Below are positions 54,654 through 63,162 of a stretch of 64,000 nt of DNA, piece by piece (the first letter of the stretch is position 1; the number at the start of each line of letters is the position of its first letter). The stretch covers positions 21,972 through 85,971 of the forward strand of contig JABHZQ010000025.1 of the NCBI GenBank assembly GCA_018656555.1. The letters are read 5' to 3'. The notes under the pieces are model-generated. The model had not been told where the DNA came from and searched no databases. It worked only from the letters and a program-made list of their open reading frames with translations. Source of the DNA: an archaeon. Its GTDB lineage: Archaea; Nanobdellota; Nanobdellia; SCGC-AAA011-G17; GW2011-AR17. The position numbers and the translations under genes are program-made.

Positions 54654-55976
54654 TTAAAAAGAAGGTAAGTTGGTGTTTAGTGCCATTTCAAGATTTGCCC
54701 ACCAAGGAATTGGAGTTTCTGTTATGTTGGACAACATTGTATGGATACTCGCACTATTGTTACTATCGTCACTTTCAAAGATTAGATCATTAGGATCCAT
54801 ATCCACTTCAAGTGAGACTAAACCAAACTTGGTAGCTTGTAGTAATGGATGATCATCTAAATCTACTTGATATGAGTAGTAATCAGTATCTCCAGCACTT
54901 AGTTCTTCTGTAAGTTTGATTCTTTTTGTAGTTTCATAGTTGTGAACAGATGTTCCAAATGTTACATCCATTTCTATTCCTTCAAGATTGAAGTTACCTT
55001 CATTATGGTAGTCTACCCAAAATGTTAGAATGTTATCATCTTTATAGACTCTAATTTCTTCGATACTTATATCTGCAAGGAAATAGTCTTCTTCTATGGT
55101 TTCAGTTACTGTGTATTCATTGTTATCTTCATTTGTTTCTGAATATACATTATCTGGATCTGCTGTAAAAATACAGGAGATTTCTACATCGTCAGCTGTT
55201 GAAAGTGCGATTTGAGTATCTTCATTAAATGTAAATTCTATTGGTTTAGTTTCACTAGCAGTAAGATCTGTGATTGTTGCTAATGATTCGGTATAATAGT
55301 TTCCATCAATGTATAATTCAGCTTTTAATGAAAGTGAACCAATTAGATCATCAATATCTTGATTTGTGATATCTGCTGTGAAAACTAGTTCTTTTCCATT
55401 ATTATTAAATCCTGTGAAACTAGCGGATGGAATTGTTACATCATAATCTTCACTTTGGACTAATGGATCATCATCATCATCAGTATTGTCATCATCATCA
55501 TCATCATTTGTGTTGTCATCATCATCACCATCAACTGGATCATCATCATCATCTGCATCTACATATACTGTAAAGGTAACTGTGTCTTCACATTCATCAT
55601 CTGATGCTGTAATTGATACTTTGTATTCTCCTACATGATCTTCTAGAGGAGTCCATTCCATTTTGTTCTTATCTACTTCTGCATCGGGTAGATTTGAGAA
55701 TGTATAGGTAATAGAGTCACCGTCATCATCATCTGCATAGGCTAGAACTGTTAATTTATCACCCACAGTCATATCTACATCACTAACTGATTCAAGAACT
55801 GGGCAACTATTTGTTGATATTTCGTCATCATCACCATCATCAATAATTATTGTTAATGGATTTTCAGTAGGTTCTTCTTCAGCTTGGAGATCCATAATTC
55901 CTGAGTATATGAATATACCTCCAATTGCAAGAAGAACTAATAGGATTAAAATTCCAATAATTTTTTCGGCTTTCAT
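54654..55976 (-). CDS. Membrane-anchored surface protein with Ig/cadherin-like and two CARDB-like domains, poly-Asp linker
   Basis: N-terminal TM; ADDDDGDSITY..EWTP..GEYKVSITASD; ADPDNVYSETNEDNN and DPNDLIFESDDSNN CARDB-type ends. Confidence 0.75.
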   Translation of the reverse strand: MKAEKIIGILILLVLLAIGGIFIYSGIMDLQAEEEPTENPLTIIIDDGDDDEISTNSCPVLESVSDVDMTVGDKLTVLAYADDDDGDSITYTFSNLPDAEVDKNKMEWTPLEDHVGEYKVSITASDDECEDTVTFTVYVDADDDDDPVDGDDDDNTNDDDDDDNTDDDDDPLVQSEDYDVTIPSASFTGFNNNGKELVFTADITNQDIDDLIGSLSLKAELYIDGNYYTESLATITDLTASETKPIEFTFNEDTQIALSTADDVEISCIFTADPDNVYSETNEDNNEYTVTETIEEDYFLADISIEEIRVYKDDNILTFWVDYHNEGNFNLEGIEMDVTFGTSVHNYETTKRIKLTEELSAGDTDYYSYQVDLDDHPLLQATKFGLVSLEVDMDPNDLIFESDDSNNSASIHTMLSNITETPIPWWANLEMALNTNLPSF

Positions 55977-55986
55977 TTATTTCTCC

Positions 55987-56283
55987 TTATTTTTTACCAA
56001 TGTAACTCCAACAAAGGTAAGGTATGTTGTTTTTAGCCTCTTTTTTAAGTGTTAATTTTCCACCTTTTTTTATGTCGAAACCTGCGAAAGGTCCGATCTG
56101 GGATCGTAAGAAGTAATTTCCTTGTTTCCAATTTTTAGTTGTTTTCTTTAGGAAATTTTGAAATTCTGTTTTGGTTTTAAGATTTTCTGGCCTAAGCTTT
56201 AATTTTGGATTAGCTTTGTATTGTATTGAAAATTCGGGCCTAACTTCCATAACCATCATGGGTTTATTGAGTATTTCTTCCAT
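55987..56283 (-). CDS. Hypothetical protein
   Basis: 98-aa basic ORF, TATA-like element upstream, same orientation as neighbours. Confidence 0.6.
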   Translation of the reverse strand: MEEILNKPMMVMEVRPEFSIQYKANPKLKLRPENLKTKTEFQNFLKKTTKNWKQGNYFLRSQIGPFAGFDIKKGGKLTLKKEAKNNIPYLCWSYIGKK

Positions 56284-56402
56284 TTTTACAACTTAAAAGT
56301 AGTAAGTTCTCATTTATAAGTCTTTTGGTTTGTTACGCTTTTAAAGTGGTAAATATGGGCAAATGGGAACATATATAAATAGGTTTGAATAAAAATGACA
56401 TT

Positions 56403-59400
56403 ATGTATGATTTTAAGAAAACAGAGGAAGAAGTGCTCTCTTTTTGGGAAAAGAATAAGGTTTTTGATAAATTAAGGAAAAAAAACAAAGGGAAGAAAAA
56501 GTGGAGTTTTCTTGATGGCCCAATAACAGCTAATAATCCTATGGGTGTGCATCATGCGGAAGGTAGAACCTATAAGGATCTTTTTCAAAGATTTAAGGCA
56601 ATGCAAGGTTTTGATCAAAGATACCAAAATGGATTCGATTGTCAGGGTCTGTGGGTTGAGAGAGAGGAGGAAAAGGCCCTTGGATTAAGAGATAAGGTAG
56701 ATATAGAGAAATTTGGTATACTTAATTTTGCAAAAGCTTGTCGTAAAAGGGTTGAACATTATTCTAATGTACAAAGAGACCAATCAATTAGATTAGGACA
56801 ATGGATGGATTGGGAAAATTCTTATTATACTATGACTGATAGTAATAATCTTCATAATTGGATGTTATTAAAGTTTTATTTTGATAAGGGTTGGCTATAC
56901 AAGGGAAAGGATGTTGTTCCTTGGTGCTGGAGGTGTGGTACTGCAAGTTCTAAACATGATATTATTACTGAAGGGTATAAAGAAGTAACTCATAAGGCGC
57001 TATTTATGCAGTTTCCGATTAAAGGAAAGAAAAATGAATATTTTTTAATTTTTACTACTACTCCTTGGACTCTTCCCGGAGATGTGGCAATTGCAGTTAA
57101 TGAAGAGGTTGTTTATGTTCAAGCTAAACAAGGAGATAAATATTTTTGGTTGGCTGAAGCAAGATTAAAGGAACTTAAGGGAGATTATATTGTTCTTGAG
57201 CAAAAAACAGGAAAAGAGTTAGAGGGTTGGGAATATGAGATGCCCTATAAAGCTTTTGAAGCTCAAAAAAAAGCACCTCATAAAGTGGTTTTATGGGATT
57301 TGGCCTCTGAGACAGAAGGTACAGGAATTGTTCATATTGCTCCTGGTTCAGGTGCTGAAGATCATGAGTTAGGGAAAAAGATAGATTTACCTTCTGTTGA
57401 TCTTTTGGATGATTCTGGAGTTTATTTAGATAATTTTGGTAATTTTTCTGGAAAGTTATATTCTAAAGTGAATGCAGAAGTAATTGAAGATATGAAAAAA
57501 AGAGGATTTATCTATAAAGTTGAACCTTTTTTACATAGGTATCCACATTGTTGGAGATGTTCTGAGGAATTGGTTTTTAGATTGGTTGATGAATGGTACA
57601 TTAAATGTGAAGAGATGAGACCTAAATTAATTAAAGAAAATAGAAAAATAAATTGGTTTCCTAAATATGGGAAAGAAAGACAGGAAGAATGGTTTAACAA
57701 TATGAGTGATTGGTTGATTTCTAGAAAGAGATATTGGGGATTACCTTTACCCATATGGGAATGTGAATGTGGAGAGATTGAAGTTATTGGAAGTTTAGAT
57801 GAATTAAGGAAAAAAGCAGTTGATAAGAAAAAAGTTGATAATCTTAAGGAGATACATAGACCTTGGGTTGATGAAATAAAAATAAAATGTAAAAAATGTG
57901 GAAAAAAAGTTTCAAGAGTTGAAGATGTTGGTGATGCTTGGCTTGATGCTGGAATTGTTCCTTTTTCAACAATGGGTCCTTATTTAGAAGATAAGAAAGA
58001 ATGGAAGAATTGGTTCCCTTCTGATTTTATTTGTGAAAATATGCCTGGGCAATATAGGGGTTGGTTTAATGCTTTAATGTGGTCTTCTGTAGCCTTAACT
58101 GGAAAAGCACCATTTAAGTCAATACTTGGATATGAATCTGTAAAAGACGAAAAGGGAGAGGAGATGCATAAAAGTAAAGGAAATGCTATTTGGTTTGATG
58201 ATGCTGTTGAAAAGATGGGTGCTGACTCAATGAGATTACTTTATTGTTTGCAGGATCCAACTAGAGAACTGAAATTTGGTTTTAATGCTGTAAAAGAACC
58301 TAGGCAGAATTTAAATATATTGTATAATTTGAGTAATCTTATACCTAAGAGTACTAAAAAAAATATTTCTAAAATTGAAGATAAATGGATAATGAGTAGA
58401 ATAAATTCTTTGATAAAAGGGGTTACAGAAGAATTAGAAAATATTCATCCCCATTTGGCAATTAGGAAGATGACTGATTTTTGGTTGAATGATTTAAGTC
58501 GGGGTTATATACAATTAGTTAGAGAGAGAGTTGCACAAGGAGATAAAGAAGTTGCTTTTGTTTTGAGTCAAGTTTATTTAACCTTGCTTAAATTGAGTGC
58601 ACCAATAATCCCATTCATAACTGAAAGTATTTATCAAAATTTAAAGGACAAATTAAAATTAAAAGAAGAGAGTATTCATCTTTGTGATTGGCCAAAATTT
58701 GATATAAAATTAATTGATGAAGAATTAGAAACTAAATTTAAAATTTCTGGGGAAATCATACAAGGTATTTTATTTGCAAGAGAGAAAGCTAAAAAAGGTG
58801 TTCGTTGGCCATTAAAGAGAGTTACTGTGGTTAGTAGAGATATGAATGTTAAAAAAACAGTAGTAGAGATGAGTGATTTGATTTTGAAACAAGTTAATAT
58901 TAAAGAGATTGAAGTTTTGGATAAGATGGAAGGAGTCAAGTTAGATATTAGTGTTAATAGGAATGCAGTTGGTAGGGATTTTAAGAGGGATTCTAAAGGG
59001 GTAATGGAGAAGTTGGATGAAGCCAAGTTGAAGAAATTGGTTGATAAAGGAGAATTAAAAATTGGTAAGTTTAAGTTGAATGAAAGTCATGTTTATATTA
59101 AAGAGGAAATTCCTAAGGACTTAGTAGGTTCTAATTTTAATAAAGGAAGTGTATATTTAGATGTTAAGTTAGATGAAGAACTTGAGAGAGAGGGATATAC
59201 AAGAGAGGTTATTAGATTTATTCAGAGTATGAGGCGGGATGAAGGTTTGGTAAAAAGTGATAATATTGAATTGTTCATTACTGGTGATTATGATATTTCT
59301 GATTTTGCTGAAGATATTAAAGTAAAAGTTGGAGCTTCTAAGATTGATTTTGATGTGAAGAAGACTAAGGTTGTTAATGAGTTTAAAATAAAGGGTAAGA

Positions 59401-59432
59401 AGTTTAAAGTTGGATTTAGTAAAATTAAATAG
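56403..59432 (+). CDS. ileS: Isoleucine--tRNA ligase, IleRS2/archaeal type with non-canonical GVHH and EMHKS signatures
   Basis: FLDGPITAN, GFDCQGL, WTLPG (as FTTTPWTLPG), GTGIVHIAPG, DWLISRKRYWG, EGYTREVIR. ATG 56403 is 23 nt after TATATAAA. Confidence 0.95.
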   Translation: MYDFKKTEEEVLSFWEKNKVFDKLRKKNKGKKKWSFLDGPITANNPMGVHHAEGRTYKDLFQRFKAMQGFDQRYQNGFDCQGLWVEREEEKALGLRDKVDIEKFGILNFAKACRKRVEHYSNVQRDQSIRLGQWMDWENSYYTMTDSNNLHNWMLLKFYFDKGWLYKGKDVVPWCWRCGTASSKHDIITEGYKEVTHKALFMQFPIKGKKNEYFLIFTTTPWTLPGDVAIAVNEEVVYVQAKQGDKYFWLAEARLKELKGDYIVLEQKTGKELEGWEYEMPYKAFEAQKKAPHKVVLWDLASETEGTGIVHIAPGSGAEDHELGKKIDLPSVDLLDDSGVYLDNFGNFSGKLYSKVNAEVIEDMKKRGFIYKVEPFLHRYPHCWRCSEELVFRLVDEWYIKCEEMRPKLIKENRKINWFPKYGKERQEEWFNNMSDWLISRKRYWGLPLPIWECECGEIEVIGSLDELRKKAVDKKKVDNLKEIHRPWVDEIKIKCKKCGKKVSRVEDVGDAWLDAGIVPFSTMGPYLEDKKEWKNWFPSDFICENMPGQYRGWFNALMWSSVALTGKAPFKSILGYESVKDEKGEEMHKSKGNAIWFDDAVEKMGADSMRLLYCLQDPTRELKFGFNAVKEPRQNLNILYNLSNLIPKSTKKNISKIEDKWIMSRINSLIKGVTEELENIHPHLAIRKMTDFWLNDLSRGYIQLVRERVAQGDKEVAFVLSQVYLTLLKLSAPIIPFITESIYQNLKDKLKLKEESIHLCDWPKFDIKLIDEELETKFKISGEIIQGILFAREKAKKGVRWPLKRVTVVSRDMNVKKTVVEMSDLILKQVNIKEIEVLDKMEGVKLDISVNRNAVGRDFKRDSKGVMEKLDEAKLKKLVDKGELKIGKFKLNESHVYIKEEIPKDLVGSNFNKGSVYLDVKLDEELEREGYTREVIRFIQSMRRDEGLVKSDNIELFITGDYDISDFAEDIKVKVGASKIDFDVKKTKVVNEFKIKGKKFKVGFSKIK

Positions 59433-59760
59433 TTTCTATAACAAACATGGTTGTTCCTGATTCTGGAGGGAATACAGAGTTACCTTCTACAAGATCAGCT
59501 CCACCTAGAAGTTCTCTTACTCTATCAGTTATTTCACTTTGTCTTTTGCCTTCTCTTATGGATAATTTTAGAACTGGATTTCTACCTGATCCACCATAAT
59601 CAACTACTAACTCTTCTCTACCCCATTGAGTTGTTGAACTTATTGGTGTGGGAAGAGATCCTACAGACATTACTGGTATTTCTTGGGCAGTTAAGTAGGT
59701 TCTTAGACCTAAGAGTCCTATACCTACTTGTTCTCTTGCTAGTTGATTAGGATATTCCAT
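59425..59760 (-). CDS. Hypothetical protein
   Basis: 111-aa ORF with a TATA box (59782-59791) about 22 nt upstream on the minus strand. Confidence 0.6.
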   Translation of the reverse strand: MEYPNQLAREQVGIGLLGLRTYLTAQEIPVMSVGSLPTPISSTTQWGREELVVDYGGSGRNPVLKLSIREGKRQSEITDRVRELLGGADLVEGNSVFPPESGTTMFVIETI

Positions 59761-59846
59761 TTTTTTGAGGATTTATTGGGAATTTATAAAAGTTTGCTTA
59801 GTAATGAGATAATATTGTGGAGTTTAGTCCCCTTTTGGAGACAGTT

Positions 59847-59909
59847 CTATTTATAAATAGCTTTATAAAGGTTTTTATATTATTGGGTTTATAATGTTTA
59901 TATTGGAGG
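59847..59909 (+). promoter_or_regulatory. tbp upstream region: cluster of TATA boxes plus SD (GGAGG 59905-59909)
   Basis: Palindromes CTATTTATAAATAG (59847-59860) and CTTTATAAAG (59861-59870); further TTTTATAT, TTTATAAT, TTTATATT. Confidence 0.5.
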
Positions 59910-59918
59910 CATATTAAA

Positions 59919-60467
59919 ATGGTTGCAAAAAAGGAAGTTAAAATTCAAAATATTGTTGCTACAACAAATTTGGGAAGGCCTATACCTTTAGTTAAATTGG
60001 CAGAGACCCTTTCAAATACAGAATATAATCCAGAACAGTTTCCAGGATTGGTTATGAGAATAAAAGATCCTAAGACATCTGCATTGATTTTTAGTTCTGG
60101 TAGGGTTGTTTGTACTGGTGCTAAGTCTATGGCAAAGGTTAGAGAATCTGTTAAGCAAATTATTAAAAATATAGAAAAAATAAATGTTCAAATTACTGTT
60201 AAACCTAAATGTACTGTACAGAATATGGTTGCTTCAGGTAGTATTGGTATTGATTTAAATTTAAACTCTTTAGCTATTGAGTTACCACATACTGAATATG
60301 AACCAGAACAGTTTCCTGGGCTGGTGTATAAGTTACCTGATACAAGAGCTACTTTCTTATTGTTTAGTAATGGAAAGATTGTTTGTACTGGAACACGATC
60401 AGAGAAGAAGTTGCATGAAGCAGTTGACCTTTTGATTAAAGAACTGGCAAAGATTGGTTATAAATAA
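59919..60467 (+). CDS. tbp: TATA-box-binding protein
   Basis: Two repeats: IQNIVAT..EYNPEQFPGL..LIFSSGRVVCTG and VQNMVAS..EYEPEQFPGL..LLFSNGKIVCTG. Confidence 0.98.
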   Translation: MVAKKEVKIQNIVATTNLGRPIPLVKLAETLSNTEYNPEQFPGLVMRIKDPKTSALIFSSGRVVCTGAKSMAKVRESVKQIIKNIEKINVQITVKPKCTVQNMVASGSIGIDLNLNSLAIELPHTEYEPEQFPGLVYKLPDTRATFLLFSNGKIVCTGTRSEKKLHEAVDLLIKELAKIGYK

Positions 60468-60469
60468 AA

Positions 60470-61600
60470 ATGAAGAAATATTTATTTTTTATTTTAATTC
60501 TATTATTATTTGTTAGTGCATGTACATATGTGCCTGAATGTGGTAATGGAATTTTGGATGTTGGTGAAGATGAAGAGAGTTGTTGTTTAGATGCTGGGTG
60601 TGAGGGTTCTGATGCTTGTGAAAATAATGTTTGTATTCTGACCGAGTGTGGTGAATACCAAGAATTAGTTGGAAATGAATGTATTGATTTGGAATGTTAT
60701 GTTAATAGTGATTGTGCAAATGATGAGTTTTGTGATAGCAATATATGTGAAGATTTAATTTGTGATAGTTGTGAGTATGTTTCTGATCATGAATGTGAGG
60801 AGTATTCTTGTTGCGAAGATGATGAGTGTGATGATAGAGATGATGATACTATTGATATTTGTGAACATACTGAAGAGGGCGATTCTTATTGTTTGAATAC
60901 TGAGATAGAATATGAATGCACTAGAGATTCTCATTGTGATGATGATGAAGAATGCGACCACAACGAATGTGTTGAATTAGAATGTACTACTGATAGTGAT
61001 TGTAATGATGATGAAGAATGTGTAAGTAATGAGTGTGAAGAAGTATCAGAGTGCAGTGTAGCTACTGATTGTGATCAAGGTTATGAATGTTCAAGTGAAG
61101 AATGTGTTGCTCAATCTCAAACTGATTGTGGAGATGACTGGGATTGTTTACTTACTCAATCTGAGAGCTGTTCTCTTGCTAGCTATGACTTTTTCGTGGT
61201 AACTGATATGTTTGGAGTGGAACAGACAACTAGTTCATATTATGAACTTCAAGGTTATGAAAATGGAATGTGTGAGTTTTATGTAAGTTATGTAGATTTG
61301 CAAGTAGAGTATAGTGATGAAGTGATGCAAAATTTGATTGATGGTGGAATGACAATGGAAGAGGCTCAACAACAAGAGGATGAGTTGAATGACTTGTATG
61401 ATGGATTAGAGGGTAGAGAGGGAAGTTGTATGTTTGCAACTGATGATTTAGGAAATTTAATTGAGAATTGGAGTAATGGACAATTTTCTGGTGGTGTAAG
61501 CTGTAGTCTTGTAGATGGTGAATGGCAAGATTGTACTTATTCTGGAGATTGGGAAGTTGCTGAAGATTGTCAAGGAGAATATTTCAATCCAAATCTTTAA
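60470..61600 (+). CDS. Cys-rich acidic putative lipoprotein
   Basis: Lipobox-like LLFVSAC; CGNGILDVGEDEESCCLDAGC; tandem EC..DSDC.DDEEC..NEC repeats. Confidence 0.75.
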   Translation: MKKYLFFILILLLFVSACTYVPECGNGILDVGEDEESCCLDAGCEGSDACENNVCILTECGEYQELVGNECIDLECYVNSDCANDEFCDSNICEDLICDSCEYVSDHECEEYSCCEDDECDDRDDDTIDICEHTEEGDSYCLNTEIEYECTRDSHCDDDEECDHNECVELECTTDSDCNDDEECVSNECEEVSECSVATDCDQGYECSSEECVAQSQTDCGDDWDCLLTQSESCSLASYDFFVVTDMFGVEQTTSSYYELQGYENGMCEFYVSYVDLQVEYSDEVMQNLIDGGMTMEEAQQQEDELNDLYDGLEGREGSCMFATDDLGNLIENWSNGQFSGGVSCSLVDGEWQDCTYSGDWEVAEDCQGEYFNPNL

Positions 61601-61604
61601 TTTT

Positions 61605-61925
61605 TTATTTTTTTAATTCTTCAGACAATAGTGTTGCAAGCTTTTTTATTCTTTTTTGATATTTATTCGCCTGAGTTAATGTTTTAATGAACCACTCTTT
61701 TTCACTTGGTTCAGGTGTTTTACCTGCTGCTATTCTTTCCTTGATTCCATTTAAACTTCTAAGGAAAAGATCAGAAACATTCATTAGTTCTTGGAATTGA
61801 TTTTTTTCTCCTTCTAAGTTAGCTACACCTATTCCTCCAGTGAATTGCATAAGTAGTTCACTAGCTTCTGTGAATTTGTCTTCTTGAATTAATTTAATAG
61901 CTTGATTTAGGGTTTCTTCTACCAT
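61605..61925 (-). CDS. Hypothetical helical protein
   Basis: 106-aa ORF with a TATA-like box upstream. Confidence 0.6.
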   Translation of the reverse strand: MVEETLNQAIKLIQEDKFTEASELLMQFTGGIGVANLEGEKNQFQELMNVSDLFLRSLNGIKERIAAGKTPEPSEKEWFIKTLTQANKYQKRIKKLATLLSEELKK

Positions 61926-61958
61926 GAGTTATTAGAATGATTGTTGGTTTATAAGTAT

Positions 61959-62225
61959 TTATTTTTTCCAATATTTATGGGCTTCTTTTTCCATTATTTC
62001 TAATCTGGTGTAATAATCTGGAAATTTATTAAGATGGGCTAGGGCTATTTTTCCGGTTGTTAAAGCATCATCATTAGTGACATTTGTTATTTTGTTGTCA
62101 AAGCCATGTTCTAGTTCTACATTCATTCCTTCTCTGAATTGGTCTAGATCAAATTTTTTCCATTTGATACCTAGCTTATTGCCTATTTCTTTTGCTACTT
62201 TTTTAGTGAAGTATTTTTTTGCCAT
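61959..62225 (-). CDS. DUF5661 family protein
   Basis: FREGMNVELEHG..TNDD..TGKIALAHL..PDYYTRL signature. Confidence 0.85.
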   Translation of the reverse strand: MAKKYFTKKVAKEIGNKLGIKWKKFDLDQFREGMNVELEHGFDNKITNVTNDDALTTGKIALAHLNKFPDYYTRLEIMEKEAHKYWKK

Positions 62226-62569
62226 TATTTATGAACTTTAAGATGAATTTGTAGGTCATTACCATAAAATCCTAGAACTATACTGTAAATTTCTTCAGGG
62301 GTTCCTTCATTTTCTACAGAGGTATTTAATACATTATGGCGTTTAGCAATACCACTTTCTATTATTTTTTTTCTAACATGGGGAAATAAAGCTGGAGCTT
62401 TTATATCATATTCTAGAACAAATACAATACCACCATCTGTTTCTTTAAGCAGGGTTATATCTTCTAATTCTTTCAAAGATTCAATTCTTTGAATTTCAGG
62501 AACATTTAATCTCAAATATTTTATTCCTTCTTTTTTATATCCTTCTAGATGTTTACTAAATAAATTCAT
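62225..62569 (-). CDS. Hypothetical protein
   Basis: 114-aa ORF; TAATG overlap with the DUF5661 gene. Confidence 0.6.
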   Translation of the reverse strand: MNLFSKHLEGYKKEGIKYLRLNVPEIQRIESLKELEDITLLKETDGGIVFVLEYDIKAPALFPHVRKKIIESGIAKRHNVLNTSVENEGTPEEIYSIVLGFYGNDLQIHLKVHK

Positions 62570-62609
62570 AATTAGAAAGGAGTAAATTAGATTTTATATA
62601 CTTTTTGAT

Positions 62610-63026
62610 TTAGAAATAGTCTTCATAACAAAAACTTCTTCCTTTAAATGTACAAGTTCCTTTTTCATCAATAATATTACCTCCAAAGAATTGACGATAT
62701 TCACTGATTAAATGATTACAGTCACTACACCTTTTAAAATCAGTTCCAATTTCTACTTCGAATTGTTTTTCATTAATTTTAGTTAACTTGTGAGGGACTG
62801 TTGCTTTTTCTTTAAAATAATTGTAGATGGTTTCTATGAATCTGTTATCTGAAAGAGCTTCTGAAAGGGTGATTTGAAGAACACATTTTTTTGGTGCTGA
62901 AAAGTTTACTACCTCTCTTTTTACACAAATACATCTTTGTTTTTTTAACTTTTCTTTGTTTTCTTCTTTTTTTCTATTCATATGTTCTGGAAGTTTCATG
63001 CTTCCATCTGGGTTGAATTCCATCAT
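62610..63026 (-). CDS. Hypothetical protein with several Cys (possible Zn binding)
   Basis: 138-aa ORF, MEFNPDGSMKLP start, CSDC and further Cys. Confidence 0.65.
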   Translation of the reverse strand: MMEFNPDGSMKLPEHMNRKKEENKEKLKKQRCICVKREVVNFSAPKKCVLQITLSEALSDNRFIETIYNYFKEKATVPHKLTKINEKQFEVEIGTDFKRCSDCNHLISEYRQFFGGNIIDEKGTCTFKGRSFCYEDYF

Positions 63027-63162
63027 GGAGTTTTAAGTTCTTAAGGAGTTTATATTGTTTTGGGAATTACTTTTTTTAAAAATATATTTTCTAGTATATA
63101 CTTGAAGATTTTACATAAAAATCATATAAATCTTTATAATTAAGATATTTCCTTTATAGATT

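Noticed and set aside
55465-55560. (CAT)n microsatellite-like tract as a phase-variation switch
   Set aside because: It is an in-frame trinucleotide run encoding a poly-Asp linker; length change would not shift the frame.
63027-63162. Replication origin next to mcm
   Set aside because: No ORB-like repeats or cdc6/orc1 in view; AT-richness is explained by two divergent promoters.
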